From an uncultured bacterium (GTDB lineage Bacteria; Abyssobacteria; SURF-5), in the NCBI GenBank assembly GCA_964607485.1, contig CAZSKP010000025.1, positions 1 to 64,000 on the forward strand: a stretch of DNA of 64,000 nucleotides, given 5' to 3'. The notes under the pieces were generated by a model. The model searched no databases and was not told the DNA's origin. It saw nothing but the letters and a program-made list of their open reading frames with translations. How positions within the stretch are numbered: position 1 is the first letter of the stretch; every line of letters starts with the position of its first letter. Below are positions 18,869 to 28,903 of this stretch, piece after piece. Both the position numbers and the translations under genes were made by a program.

Positions 18869-20125
18869 TCAGGTCGACTTGTGACACTGGATGCATAGTT
18901 CGCGGTCACGGGGATAGTAGGTCAGATAGTCCTCATTCGAGGAGTGCGGGTCGTGGCAGCTCACGCAGTCGAGCCTCGAGCCGTCGCGCGGGTCGATGAC
19001 CCCCTCGCCGAAGGGATGGCTGATGGTATGCTGCCCGGCATGGCACCGCTTGCAGAGCTCCATGACATCGGCCTTCAAGAGGGAGGCCATGTTTGAACCA
19101 TGAGGCTCGTGACAGAGTTCGCACTGCCCCTTCAAGACCGGTTCGTGCACGACCTTGAGCTCGAGCTTCTGCGTGAAATCCGAGTGGCACTCCGCACAGA
19201 GCAGGCGTTTGTTTTCCTTCATCAGGAACCGCTCGTCGGAGGCATGCGGGGAGTGGCAGGCGGTACAATTGCCCTCGATGACGGGCGGGTGTGTGACCGG
19301 CCTTGCGAATTCCTTCCACGTGTCGGCATGGCAGGAACGACACAGGCTTTCTTCGGCCTTGACCAGCTTGAACGGATTCGAGCTGTCAGCCGGCAGGTGA
19401 CAGAACGAACAGAGCTTCTTCGTCATGGGCACGTGCGCGACCTTCCTGGTGAGTCCTTGCTGAGAAGAGGCGTGCGGGTCGTGGCAGTCCGCACAACCGA
19501 CGTTCTGCACGGGATAGTTGGCGTGCGCTTTTCTGAAGGCCAGCTTGGAGCTGTCGTGGCACTGGGTGCATAGCTCAAAGGGCTGCTTCTTCAACAGGTT
19601 CTCCTGGGACGAGGTGTGCGGTGAATGACATCTCAAGCACTCGGCCCGTTCGACGGGAGGATGCACATACTGCTTGGCGAACTGCTCTTTTTCCTCCTGA
19701 TGGCAAACATAGCAGAGCTCCTTCTGAGGCGAATTGAGCAATCGCGCTTGTGTCGAGGCGTGAGGCTGATGGCAGCTCAGGCACTGGCCCTCTTCCACCG
19801 GTTTGTGCGCGTACTCAGAACCGAATTCGGGCGAGCTCTTATCGTGGCAATCGTAGCAGTATCTGCTCTTCGAGCTACGGACAAGGTTCGGGTGATTCGA
19901 GGCATGCGGGTTGTGGCACCCCACGCAGTTGCCCAGTTCCACGGGGGCGTGAACGTGCTTCCCCTGCCACGACTGCTTGAGCTCTTTGTGGCAGGTGTAG
20001 CAGAGCTTCTCGTAGCTCTTCTCGCGCACGATTTCCTTTCCCGCCCCGAAGACGTGCGTGTTCGCGCCGAACATCCCTACAAGGGCAAGCGCGAGAAGGA
20101 TGATGACTGTTCTTCCGCTCCTCAT
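18869..20125 (-). CDS. Multiheme cytochrome c, 16 CXXCH
   Basis: 16 CXXCH counted; signal peptide. Confidence 0.92.
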   Translation of the reverse strand: MRSGRTVIILLALALVGMFGANTHVFGAGKEIVREKSYEKLCYTCHKELKQSWQGKHVHAPVELGNCVGCHNPHASNHPNLVRSSKSRYCYDCHDKSSPEFGSEYAHKPVEEGQCLSCHQPHASTQARLLNSPQKELCYVCHQEEKEQFAKQYVHPPVERAECLRCHSPHTSSQENLLKKQPFELCTQCHDSSKLAFRKAHANYPVQNVGCADCHDPHASSQQGLTRKVAHVPMTKKLCSFCHLPADSSNPFKLVKAEESLCRSCHADTWKEFARPVTHPPVIEGNCTACHSPHASDERFLMKENKRLLCAECHSDFTQKLELKVVHEPVLKGQCELCHEPHGSNMASLLKADVMELCKRCHAGQHTISHPFGEGVIDPRDGSRLDCVSCHDPHSSNEDYLTYYPRDRELCIQCHKST

Positions 20126-20195
20126 AGATTATCCGATCTCAATTCCCCTGTCCCGGCGGCCATGCAAAGGCCCGCGCCTTCAGGGGGCTGAATCG

Positions 20196-22169
20196 TCAAT
20201 GACAAAGTTCGCAGCGAAATTCTCCGTACGGTTCGTGGACAATGGCCGGCTCCAGCCCCTTTTGCTGGGACGCATGCGGGTCGTGGCATCCGGCGCAGTT
20301 CGCCTTGGTGACGTCGTAGCCTTTGTGCGCAGTAAGAAATTCTGGGGCCCCGGTATCGTGGCACGTCGCGCAGAGCTCGCTGGGTTTTTCGGGCAGCAAC
20401 GCGCTGAACTTGCTCAGGTGCGGCTCATGACACACCAGGCAATCGCCGTCGCCGACAGGCCCATGAACCACGGCCTTGCTGAACGCCTGTTTCTGAGTCG
20501 TATGGCAGTCGTAACAAAGCGGGGAGCCCGATTTCTTGAGAATCGGCGCCTGGGATGAAGCATGCGCCTCGTGGCATCCGAGGCAGTTTCTCTCTTTCAC
20601 GGGCTCGTGCACGTAACCGCCCGCGGCTTCCTCGGCATAATCGGCGTGGCAGTCGTAGCAAAGCTCGGTCAACGTAGTTTCAAGTAGTCCTTCGTTGGGG
20701 CTCGCATGCGACGGATGACAGGAAGAACACACGCCCTCGGCGACCGGCTCATGCACGCTGCTTACCTTCAGCGACTTTTCGAATTGCTCGTGACAGGTGA
20801 AGCAGAGCTTCGGCTCGACGGCCGTCAGGTAATTGGCATTGTCGCTGGAATGCGGGTCGTGGCATTGGACACACTGCCCCGCGACGAAGGGATCGTGTCC
20901 GCTCTTGCTCCGTTGCTGCTCTTTGATATCCGTATGACATTCGGAGCAGAGTGCGAACGGTTTGTCCCTCAATAGGGAGGCGAGCTGCGAGGTGTGCGGG
21001 ACGTGACAATTCAGGCAGTCCCCTTCCTTAAACGGAGCGTGAAGCTTCGCCCGCTTGAATTTGGGTTCGTCCCTGTGACAGTCGAGACACAGCTTCTCGC
21101 GCGGCTCATGCGTCAGGTACGGATAATCGCTGGCGTGCGAGTCGTGACAGGCCGAGCAGTTTCCTTCCACGAAGGGCTGGTGAGCCGCGGGCGGCTTCTT
21201 CGTCGGGAAAAGCGCCTCGTTTTCATGACATTGCCGACAAACCGCCTCCTGCCGGTCATTCAGGAGAGCGGCATATCGCGAGGCGTGAGGCTGATGGCAG
21301 CTTTCACACGTTTTGTCAGCGAACGGCGGATGCACGTCTTGAAGCCCGAGCTTCTGCTCCTGGTCGGTGTGGCAGGTGAGGCAGAGGTCGCCCTCGGCCT
21401 GCGCAAGGCCGGGCTTCTCGCCTGGCGCCGGCGGAGTGTGGCAGGTCTGACAATCGGCCTCCGTCAACGGCGGATGAAGCGCGGTTTGAAACAGTCCTTT
21501 CGTCTCGGATGAATGCGGATTATGGCACGAGTCGCAGGCTCCCTGCGTGACATCGTAGTTCTGATGCTTCCGAACGAACGACGCATCGTTAAAATTGTGG
21601 CAGTCGGAACAGACGCTCGCCTCGGACTTTTTGAGCAGTGAAGCGTTGGGGCCGGCGTGCGGCACGTGGCATGTGAGGCACTCCCCCTCTTTCACTGGCG
21701 CGTGAACGACGGGCCTGGTGAATTCCTGCTTTTGGTTCTCGTGGCAAATGTAGCAGAGGTTGACTCCCTCCTGCCTCAGCAATCCCTTGTTTGGGCTGGA
21801 ATGCGGGTCGTGGCACTTCCAGCAAACCCCCTGCTCGTCTTTGAAATGAAGGACCGGCTGCTCGAACATATCTTTCTGGTCTTCGTGACACTGAAAACAG
21901 AGCGACGCGTCCTCCTGCTTCAGCAGCAGCACCTTCATCAGCCCGTGCCGTTTGTGACACTTCTCGCAGTCTTCGCTCTTGAACGGCGCGTGGACCACCC
22001 TGTCGGAGAGTCGCGGGCGCATGTCCTCGTGACATTCGAGACACGACCGGCCCATCCGCCTGCGGGCGGGCCGAGGGCCGGCGCAATACAGCACCGACAG
22101 CGCTAGCACACCAAGAAATGACAGGTAGACGATGCGGCGTAATTGTGAGGCTGATGCGGGTTTTGCCAA
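20196..22169 (-). CDS. Multiheme cytochrome c, 26 CXXCH (possible lipoprotein)
   Basis: 26 CXXCH counted; hydrophobic N-terminus ending 'VLYC'; TTG start. Confidence 0.92.
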   Translation of the reverse strand: MAKPASASQLRRIVYLSFLGVLALSVLYCAGPRPARRRMGRSCLECHEDMRPRLSDRVVHAPFKSEDCEKCHKRHGLMKVLLLKQEDASLCFQCHEDQKDMFEQPVLHFKDEQGVCWKCHDPHSSPNKGLLRQEGVNLCYICHENQKQEFTRPVVHAPVKEGECLTCHVPHAGPNASLLKKSEASVCSDCHNFNDASFVRKHQNYDVTQGACDSCHNPHSSETKGLFQTALHPPLTEADCQTCHTPPAPGEKPGLAQAEGDLCLTCHTDQEQKLGLQDVHPPFADKTCESCHQPHASRYAALLNDRQEAVCRQCHENEALFPTKKPPAAHQPFVEGNCSACHDSHASDYPYLTHEPREKLCLDCHRDEPKFKRAKLHAPFKEGDCLNCHVPHTSQLASLLRDKPFALCSECHTDIKEQQRSKSGHDPFVAGQCVQCHDPHSSDNANYLTAVEPKLCFTCHEQFEKSLKVSSVHEPVAEGVCSSCHPSHASPNEGLLETTLTELCYDCHADYAEEAAGGYVHEPVKERNCLGCHEAHASSQAPILKKSGSPLCYDCHTTQKQAFSKAVVHGPVGDGDCLVCHEPHLSKFSALLPEKPSELCATCHDTGAPEFLTAHKGYDVTKANCAGCHDPHASQQKGLEPAIVHEPYGEFRCELCH

Positions 22170-22196
22170 GTGTCTGCTTTCTCGCTTCAGGTTCGA

Positions 22197-22625
22197 CTAG
22201 TCCATGTTCTTGTACGCGATGAACTGAAAATAGTAACCGGGCTGGTGGATCATGTGAGGGATGGGGTTCTGGTACAAAATCCACGTTTCATACATCAACT
22301 TCTCCTGGTACAAGACCGCCAACTGCAACGCCGGATTCAGCGGCTTGTCCGAGCGGGAGGAGACCTTCTTGGTCTTCATGTTAATCACAAAATCGGGAAT
22401 GAACCTCTCCACCTTCACTGAGTACTCAGTGTCCGCAATGAAAAACTCCTCGCCCACGCGCACCCAATGGTCTTCGTAAGCTTGCTCGTCCAAAATGTGG
22501 CGGACGCGGATGTCGTACGTCGGGCCGGTCGCCTTCGTCGTCTGGCACGCGACAATCGTAACCAGAATCGCCCACACAAACGCAGCGATTACTTTCGCTC
22601 GGATTCTGGTTCCTTGAAATTTCAT
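22197..22625 (-). CDS. Lipoprotein resembling the periplasmic domain of the neighbouring ResB
   Basis: Lipobox IVAC; 'VERFIPDFVINMKTKKVSSRSDKPLNPA'. Confidence 0.7.
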   Translation of the reverse strand: MKFQGTRIRAKVIAAFVWAILVTIVACQTTKATGPTYDIRVRHILDEQAYEDHWVRVGEEFFIADTEYSVKVERFIPDFVINMKTKKVSSRSDKPLNPALQLAVLYQEKLMYETWILYQNPIPHMIHQPGYYFQFIAYKNMD

Positions 22626-22813
22626 GTTGAAGTCAACGTTATAAAGCAAAAAGAGTTCTTGAAGGACTCGCAATTTTCATGCCACGAGCGCTCAAACAAT
22701 ATAACATTATACATGCTTTTCGGCAAAACGCAACTCCCGGCCACAGAGCCGCTCAACTTTTTCTTCACCACAGGGTACACGACACGCACAGCGATCAAAT
22801 TCCTGGAAACCTC

Positions 22814-22896
22814 ACGCCAAGACGCCAAGGCGCAAAGAACGCAAAGGAAGACGTCGTTCAAGACTCTGGACTCTGGACCTTGGACTTTGGACTCAG
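22814..22896. repeat. Two short tandem-repeat tracts
   Basis: About 4x (A/G)CGC(C/A)AAG at 22814-22846 and 5x GAC(T/C)nnG heptamer at 22862-22896. Confidence 0.7.
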
Positions 22897-23699
22897 GCGT
22901 AGGCGTGGAGGCCGGCGAGCCAGTAGTTGACGCCGAGGTAGGTGAACACGACGCAGCAGAATCCCACGACAGCCATGATCGCCGAGGCTCTGCCGCGCAT
23001 GCCGCCGAATCGCATATGCAGGCAGCCCGCGTAGATAAACCACGTGATGAACGACCAGCTTTCCTTCGGGTCCCAGCTCCAGTAGCTTCCCCAGCACGTG
23101 TTCGCCCACACGGCTCCCGTGACGACGCCCAGCGTGAGCAGCGGGAACCCGAACGCGATCGCCCGGTAGGTGAACCAGTCGAGAAAGTCGGCGGTCTCGC
23201 CGATGCGAACCCGAACCGGAAGTCTCAGCAGGCGGACTATTCCCATGTCGAGAAACAGGTAAGCCGCCGCAGAAACGAACGCAAGCCCGAACGAGGCGTA
23301 CCCGAGGAAAGAAGCGAGAACGTGGAACAGCAGCCAGTTGCTCCTGAGCGATGGCAGGAGCGGCTCGATCTCGGACGACATCAGCGAACACGCCGACAGA
23401 ACGACGGCGGCGGCGAGGCTCGCGAACCCGCCCAGCGCCGGCAGCCCGTACCGCTTGTGCGCAACGATGGAGGCGGCCATCAGGAGCAGCGAAAAGAGGA
23501 CCAGCGTCTCGTACGTGTTCGTCACGGGCATCCTGTGTGCGACGATGCCGCGATGGACGATGTAGGCGAGGTGAATAACGATGCCCGAGAGCCCCAGTGC
23601 CCCGGCGAGCTTCGATTGCCACGGCCGCCTCGACAGAGCCGCCAGAAAGAAAAAGATGCTGGCGGCGAAATAGATCAGTTGCACCACTCCGAGCCACAC
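22893..23699 (-). CDS. ccsA: Cytochrome c biogenesis system II heme channel (CcsA/ResC)
   Basis: WWD motif 'GAVWANTCWGSYWSWDPKE', conserved His residues, C-terminal 'GLHAYA'. Confidence 0.95.
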   Translation of the reverse strand: MWLGVVQLIYFAASIFFFLAALSRRPWQSKLAGALGLSGIVIHLAYIVHRGIVAHRMPVTNTYETLVLFSLLLMAASIVAHKRYGLPALGGFASLAAAVVLSACSLMSSEIEPLLPSLRSNWLLFHVLASFLGYASFGLAFVSAAAYLFLDMGIVRLLRLPVRVRIGETADFLDWFTYRAIAFGFPLLTLGVVTGAVWANTCWGSYWSWDPKESWSFITWFIYAGCLHMRFGGMRGRASAIMAVVGFCCVVFTYLGVNYWLAGLHAYA

Positions 23700-23706
23700 G
23701 GCAGGT

Positions 23707-25065
23707 TCACTCCCCTATCGCTTTGCGCAGTTGCGCGAGCAGTCCGTTCCACTCATACACAAAGTCGGGTCTATTCTTCACGCTGTAACTCAAAACTCTT
23801 ATGCGCCCGCTTTCGCCCGACTCTCCGCCGTCGAACTCAACCCGGACGAACCGCCGGAACATGTAGCAAGAAACGAGCGCGCCGCCCACGAGGAGCACAA
23901 ACCCGAAATAAGCGAACGCGGCGCCGGGGTCTTTCACTATCTTGATGCCGGAATAATATTTCAGACTCACTCGCTCGATAGCGAGCGTGAGCGGGCCGGA
24001 CGAGGAGTCGTGCCGCGGCACAATTCCCTTGAAGGCCCATCCGGTCCACACAGGCTGCTCGCTCCGGGCCGGAGAATACACGGACACCTTCGCTGCCGGG
24101 TTCAGGAAGAACCGGCTGCGCGAAAACACATTGTTCTTCGAGTCGATGGCGAAATCGGGAACGATCTCTTTCAGCTCGACCGCCATGTCCCGGCCGGCTA
24201 TGTCGGCGCGTTTGCCGGGCACAAGCCTTATGCTTGCGACAGGCGAGCGGGTTGCCGGTTTAAACGCGACGAGGCTCACATAGCGGACGTCGGGGCGATA
24301 ACGCATTTGATAAAGAGTCGCCCCTCCGACGGAGAGCGGCTGATTCACGCGCAGCATGTGCCAGCTTGGGGCGCCGTCGTTGCCTGTGACCATCAGGGTG
24401 CTGACATATTCCTCGGGCTCTCTCGTGCCCGGATGATGAACGATGGAGAATTTCTCGAGCCTGAGTTTCGTCTGAGTATCGGGAATCGTGTACGTCTCTC
24501 CCTCGCCCAGCATGATTTCGCGGACGGTTCCGAAATTGTGGGTGACGAGCCCGCCGACAAATGCGACGACCAGCCCGAGATGCACAACCAGCGGCCCCAG
24601 CACTCCGGCGCGTCCCTTGTCGAACAGGACGGCCTCGTCGGCCGGTTCGGCAGAGGCTGCGCGCGCGTGGTATCCCCTGTCGCGCAGAATTCGCGTTACT
24701 TTCTTGCGGACCGTTTCTCTTGAAGCCTCGGAAATAGGAATGGAGTGCGTCGCCACTCCGTCCTCGCGGGACCACGCCGCTTTGTCGGGGATGAAAGCGA
24801 AGGCCCTGATTACCGAGGGCAGCCTCCTGAGCGAGCAGTAGATCATCAACGAAGCGAGGAAGACGAGAAGCGATGTGTACCACCACGTGTGATAGAGGTT
24901 CTCCGCGCCGATAGCCCGGAGCAGCCCGGATAAAACTCTCCCGACGGTTCCGGTCTCAAGAAGCTTGACCGGAATCGTGCCGAGAACGGAAGCGAGCCCA
25001 ACGGCGCAAATGAGGGCGATGGTCAGCGCCGGCGAGCGCAGTTTCTGGTCGATCGTCCGCCACAC
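23707..25065 (-). CDS. resB: Cytochrome c biogenesis system II protein (ResB/CcsB)
   Basis: 'SVLGT', 'YHTWWY', 'CSLRR', 'VHLG', 'VNQPL..G..LYQ', 'KDPG'; adjacent to ccsA. Confidence 0.9.
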   Translation of the reverse strand: MWRTIDQKLRSPALTIALICAVGLASVLGTIPVKLLETGTVGRVLSGLLRAIGAENLYHTWWYTSLLVFLASLMIYCSLRRLPSVIRAFAFIPDKAAWSREDGVATHSIPISEASRETVRKKVTRILRDRGYHARAASAEPADEAVLFDKGRAGVLGPLVVHLGLVVAFVGGLVTHNFGTVREIMLGEGETYTIPDTQTKLRLEKFSIVHHPGTREPEEYVSTLMVTGNDGAPSWHMLRVNQPLSVGGATLYQMRYRPDVRYVSLVAFKPATRSPVASIRLVPGKRADIAGRDMAVELKEIVPDFAIDSKNNVFSRSRFFLNPAAKVSVYSPARSEQPVWTGWAFKGIVPRHDSSSGPLTLAIERVSLKYYSGIKIVKDPGAAFAYFGFVLLVGGALVSCYMFRRFVRVEFDGGESGESGRIRVLSYSVKNRPDFVYEWNGLLAQLRKAIGE

Positions 25066-25099
25066 GAGCTTATATTACCAGTTGCGGCTGTATTCTGAC

Positions 25100-25147
25100 A
25101 AAAAAACATAGCTGAAACGGACCGAGCCGGTTCCAGCTATGTTCTTT
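25100..25147. terminator. Intrinsic terminator after the porin gene
   Basis: AAAAAAACATAGCTG...CAGCTATGTTCTTT hairpin with T tract on the minus strand. Confidence 0.65.
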
Positions 25148-25168
25148 CTCCGTTGCGGTCAGGCGAGC

Positions 25169-27181
25169 TCAGAATCGATACGCGAGCGCCACATAGAAGC
25201 CGTGCCCGTGGTAATCTTCAAAGCCGTCGCCCAACTCGTCATCAAAGTCGAAGTATTCGTATCGCGCGCTGACGGTCTTGTTTTCGGCCAACTTGTACTC
25301 CACCCCCAACCAGATTTCGTCAAGCGCGTTGTCCACATCTTTACCGCCGCTCTCAGTGTGCTGGTATGCTGCTTTGGTGGCCCACTTATCGTTTATCACG
25401 TAATTGCCGCTCGTGAAGAATACCAATGAATCGTACCTGTAGTCGTACTTGCCGGTGCCGGGCGCCCACTGGTTGCCCACCGGCACGTTCGTCGGGGTGT
25501 CCAGTCTGTAGTTCTCGTACATCGCCATGCCGGTCAGCGTGATTCGGGTGGTGGGACTGCCGAAGACAGTCGCGGAAATCCGGTGCACGTCCAGGTCCTG
25601 CCCGTCAGTATTCTGAATGTCGAACCGCCTCTCGTCGCTCTCGAACTGATACTTGACCGTTGTCGTCCAGGCCGGCAGGAAATGCCAGTCTCCCTTTAGA
25701 GTAACCTCGTGAACGTCCCGCTTGAGGTCACCCAATATGCCAGGGTATGCGTCCGGTTCGAGGTCAAATTCTTCATCGTAGTCTTCATCGTTATCCTTAA
25801 AACGGTACCGAGCTGTCAGCCTTAGTTTCGGGCAGGGACGGTTCACGACGGTAATCGTGTACTCTTGGTTGTTGTAGTCGATATCGGCATCCCGCGAGAA
25901 GGTTCCCTCCACGACCTCTTTGACGTCCATGAACCTTTGTTCCCACTCTCCTTCGAGCGAGACGGTCGTATTCGGGAATCCCTTCCACACCAGCTCGACC
26001 GACTCGCCCAGCCGTGTGTCTTCCCAATCGGTCGCATTCGTCACCGGTTCGAGAACCCCGCCAAAGGGCGTCTGCTGACCCGTATGGTCGCCGTCGGTGT
26101 CGGAATGTTCCGCCCTGAAATTGGTGTGAATCGTCAGGTCTTTTGCTACATTCAAAAACACGAGCCCGAGAGTGACCACATCAGTTGTGCGGTCGTTGTC
26201 AACGTCGGTATCGATGAATACAAAAGGCCTGGTGAGACTGCCCGGTTGGAACACGTCGCGCTCAAACTCGTTCTTGATATCGCTGTGGTAGTAGTTTGCG
26301 CTCACGTAAATGTTCTCGGTGAGGAAGCTGTCGAAGCTAAACAGAGTTCGAAACTCCCTCCACTCCGGACTGTCGTCATGGATAACCGTGTCGCCAACGA
26401 CGTTGGAGAGAGCAACGGAGAGCTCGTCGTCCCGGAAATCCTCATACTCTTGTCTGAATTTGAAGTTGTACTTGTCGTTGATGGTCACGGGAATTTCCAC
26501 ATACACGGTGTCGCTTTCGCCGTCGAGGTCGTTGATTGTCGGAATCGAGCGCTGCCTCGGGAGCGGGTCGTTTTGCGCGAGCCCTCCCAGGAGCAGTTTC
26601 TCATCCCCGAAGCGTTCCCAGTGATGCCATCCCAGTACGACGTGAGGAATGTCGGGAATCAGCAGCGTGCCCTCTAGGTTCAGGTCAACACGGTCCGCGT
26701 ACAGGTTGTCATCGTCAAAATCGTTAAAACTGCTAGGCAGGCCGTAAAGGGTCGGGTCCCACACATCATTGGAAGAGCCGTCATAATATCTACGGTGCTT
26801 GGCGAATTCGAAATCCACGCGAAACACGTCGGGCTTGATGTAGTGCGCATCGCCTGCAAACTGATCCTCAGGTATCGCGCGAATGGAGACTTTGAGATTT
26901 TCGCTCGAGTAGGAAAGATGCTCGAAGCCGCCAGTGAAATCGTTGTCGATGAAGCGGTCTTCGCGAAAGCGGCCCTCGTCGCCGTTCACCTCGTAGTAGG
27001 TCAATCCCCCGCGCGCGTACCAGCCGTAATACCAGCCGTTCAAATCGTCTTCTCCATAAGGATAATACCAACTGTTCAAGTTTTCCAGCGGGTCCTCGTC
27101 CGCGCCGGCGATGGCAGGGCAAACCATAACCACAAGCAGGCCGACCAGCAACGCCGGAAGGAATTTCTTGGTCGCGTTCAT
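25169..27181 (-). CDS. MtrB/PioB-like outer-membrane porin
   Basis: Signal peptide, 'GDEGRFRED', long acidic amphipathic beta-strand pattern, C-terminal 'YVALAYRF'; follows an MtrA-like cytochrome. Confidence 0.78.
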   Translation of the reverse strand: MNATKKFLPALLVGLLVVMVCPAIAGADEDPLENLNSWYYPYGEDDLNGWYYGWYARGGLTYYEVNGDEGRFREDRFIDNDFTGGFEHLSYSSENLKVSIRAIPEDQFAGDAHYIKPDVFRVDFEFAKHRRYYDGSSNDVWDPTLYGLPSSFNDFDDDNLYADRVDLNLEGTLLIPDIPHVVLGWHHWERFGDEKLLLGGLAQNDPLPRQRSIPTINDLDGESDTVYVEIPVTINDKYNFKFRQEYEDFRDDELSVALSNVVGDTVIHDDSPEWREFRTLFSFDSFLTENIYVSANYYHSDIKNEFERDVFQPGSLTRPFVFIDTDVDNDRTTDVVTLGLVFLNVAKDLTIHTNFRAEHSDTDGDHTGQQTPFGGVLEPVTNATDWEDTRLGESVELVWKGFPNTTVSLEGEWEQRFMDVKEVVEGTFSRDADIDYNNQEYTITVVNRPCPKLRLTARYRFKDNDEDYDEEFDLEPDAYPGILGDLKRDVHEVTLKGDWHFLPAWTTTVKYQFESDERRFDIQNTDGQDLDVHRISATVFGSPTTRITLTGMAMYENYRLDTPTNVPVGNQWAPGTGKYDYRYDSLVFFTSGNYVINDKWATKAAYQHTESGGKDVDNALDEIWLGVEYKLAENKTVSARYEYFDFDDELGDGFEDYHGHGFYVALAYRF

Positions 27182-27248
27182 ATTCAAAACCCCCTGATTG
27201 TGCGCTGTGACCATTGTTTGTTGGCAACCTTCGGATTCGTTCCGCCGT

Positions 27249-28028
27249 CTAATTCAGGAAGTTACGTTCGATGTTAGACCCGTGAGGAGCGGAGTGATGG
27301 TCGACGCATTGCTCTCCCCGGCCCACCTGAACGACAACGCCGTGGGGGAAGTCGCCGATGGATCCAAGCACAGTATTTACGGAAGGCTCCCAATGGCATC
27401 GGATGCACGTCACAGTCTGATCGGCAACCAGCATCTTTTCGTAGACCGAACCGTGCGGATCGTGACATATTTGACAGCCGTCGCGCACGGGGTCGTGCTC
27501 GAACACGAACGGACCTCTTTGTTTCTTATGACATCTGAAGCAGATTTCCCCCGGTCGCAGGACCGAGACGGCCGACCACGGCCTCACGTCTTCGCCGTGG
27601 GGGTTATGACAATCCGTGCATTTCATCCACTTTTCCGGGACGGGATGATGATACTGAAGCTGAAACCTGCCGCGTATGTCCACGTGGCAAGTGAAGCAGC
27701 GGTTGGCGGAATACCTGACAATCTTGCTTGGGTCTCCGCCGGCATCGACGTGGAGGCTGCCCGCCCCGTGGCAGGACTCGCAAGCCTCGCCCTTGACCTG
27801 CTCCCCCTCTTTCACGCTTGTGCCAAAGTGGGAGGTCAGTCGAAATCGCTCCGCCTGATCGGGGTGGCACGCCTCGCAGGTTTCCATGCCCACGTATTCC
27901 GCCCCTTTGATCATCGGCCCGGCGAGACTCATCTGGCCGTGAGGTGAAGTCGTTTGACAGGAGAGGATGAGCGCGGAACCCAGGAGGCCAGCTACCAAAA
28001 TCCTTACTACCCAGCGAACTGTCGGCAT
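27249..28028 (-). CDS. MtrA/DmsE-like multiheme lipoprotein cytochrome (7 CXXCH plus CVDHH)
   Basis: Lipobox ILSC; 'YVGMETCEACH', 'CESCHGAGSLH', 'HHPV', 'KQRGPFVFEHDPV', C-terminal 'HGSN'. Confidence 0.88.
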   Translation of the reverse strand: MPTVRWVVRILVAGLLGSALILSCQTTSPHGQMSLAGPMIKGAEYVGMETCEACHPDQAERFRLTSHFGTSVKEGEQVKGEACESCHGAGSLHVDAGGDPSKIVRYSANRCFTCHVDIRGRFQLQYHHPVPEKWMKCTDCHNPHGEDVRPWSAVSVLRPGEICFRCHKKQRGPFVFEHDPVRDGCQICHDPHGSVYEKMLVADQTVTCIRCHWEPSVNTVLGSIGDFPHGVVVQVGRGEQCVDHHSAPHGSNIERNFLN

Positions 28029-28220
28029 ATCTGCACCCTTTCTTTCTCAACCTAAGCAGTTCAGTCTTCCCAGGGTTACAGTGGGGTGTATATGTGTGGT
28101 GGTATGGGGTGTGTTTTGAGCGCTAGAGGCAGGTGATAGCTAGAAAATCGGAAAGATTGACGCGGAAGATATTACCTTGACACCTCCTTACAAAGATTTC
28201 GAGGGATTGGATACCAATTC

Positions 28221-28255
28221 TGCAATATATTGCACAATAAACGGTTGCTTGTCAA
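28221..28255 (-). promoter_or_regulatory. sigma70-type promoter with a palindrome over the -10 element
   Basis: TTGACA-N17-CAATAT on minus; perfect palindrome TGCAATATATTGCA at 28221-28234. Confidence 0.55.
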
Positions 28256-28766
28256 GGGAAAAAACCGAGGTTGGAAGAGATTTCCCCATTTTTCTCTTCT
28301 TTTTCGTCACGAAATGCTGCTTTTCAAGAACATTGCTACTCTTTCTTTAAGGCAACTCTCCGGAAGCAAACGCAGGCCGCATGGCCGTGCATCCTTGCGA
28401 CCGACTCTCAAGTGTGGCATCGGGATAATGAAGACACGTTAGCAGAATCAAGTACACGATGCCGCACCATGTACCGGGCATGCCAGCTTCATACCAAGCC
28501 TCATCCGGAGTTGACCACAGACCTCAAATGAGGCGCTGCGCGGCCGAATTTGTCCAGCGCGCGTCTGCAGAATCCCCCCATCGAGTATGCACATTACGTA
28601 ACCCCTCGTTTCCACCGTCTGCTTCCTCGCACCGATGTTCCGCACGCACGCGGAAGCAACTCCTGTCTCTCGAATTTTTCTGTAACCAAGAGAGTTACAG
28701 GAGCGAGGGCCATTTGTTGCGGAAGAACTGGAAGGCAAAATGCAATCCGGCGGGGATTACAATTCG

Positions 28767-28805
28767 GACATTTTTTCTCTCAAAATGTCGTGGATTTCTT
28801 GACAT
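28767..28805. promoter_or_regulatory. Overlapping inverted repeats, candidate bEBP enhancer
   Basis: GACATTTT-N7-AAAATGTC and ATGTC-N11-GACAT, about 100 bp upstream of a sigma54 site. Confidence 0.5.
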
Positions 28806-28888
28806 ACAATCAAAAGCCGACGCGTATCCCTTCATTACCCATTGGAACATATGGAGATAGGTGCAAATATCAGGCGAATTCCGACTAT

Positions 28889-28903
28889 TGGCATAGTAAT
28901 TGC
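28889..28903 (+). promoter_or_regulatory. sigma54 (-24/-12) promoter
   Basis: TGGCATAGTAATTGC, near-consensus GG-N10-GC. Confidence 0.75.

Noticed and set aside
20122-20198. TGA read-through fusing the 26-heme and 16-heme genes
   Set aside because: A second in-frame stop follows, and the 16-heme gene has its own signal peptide.
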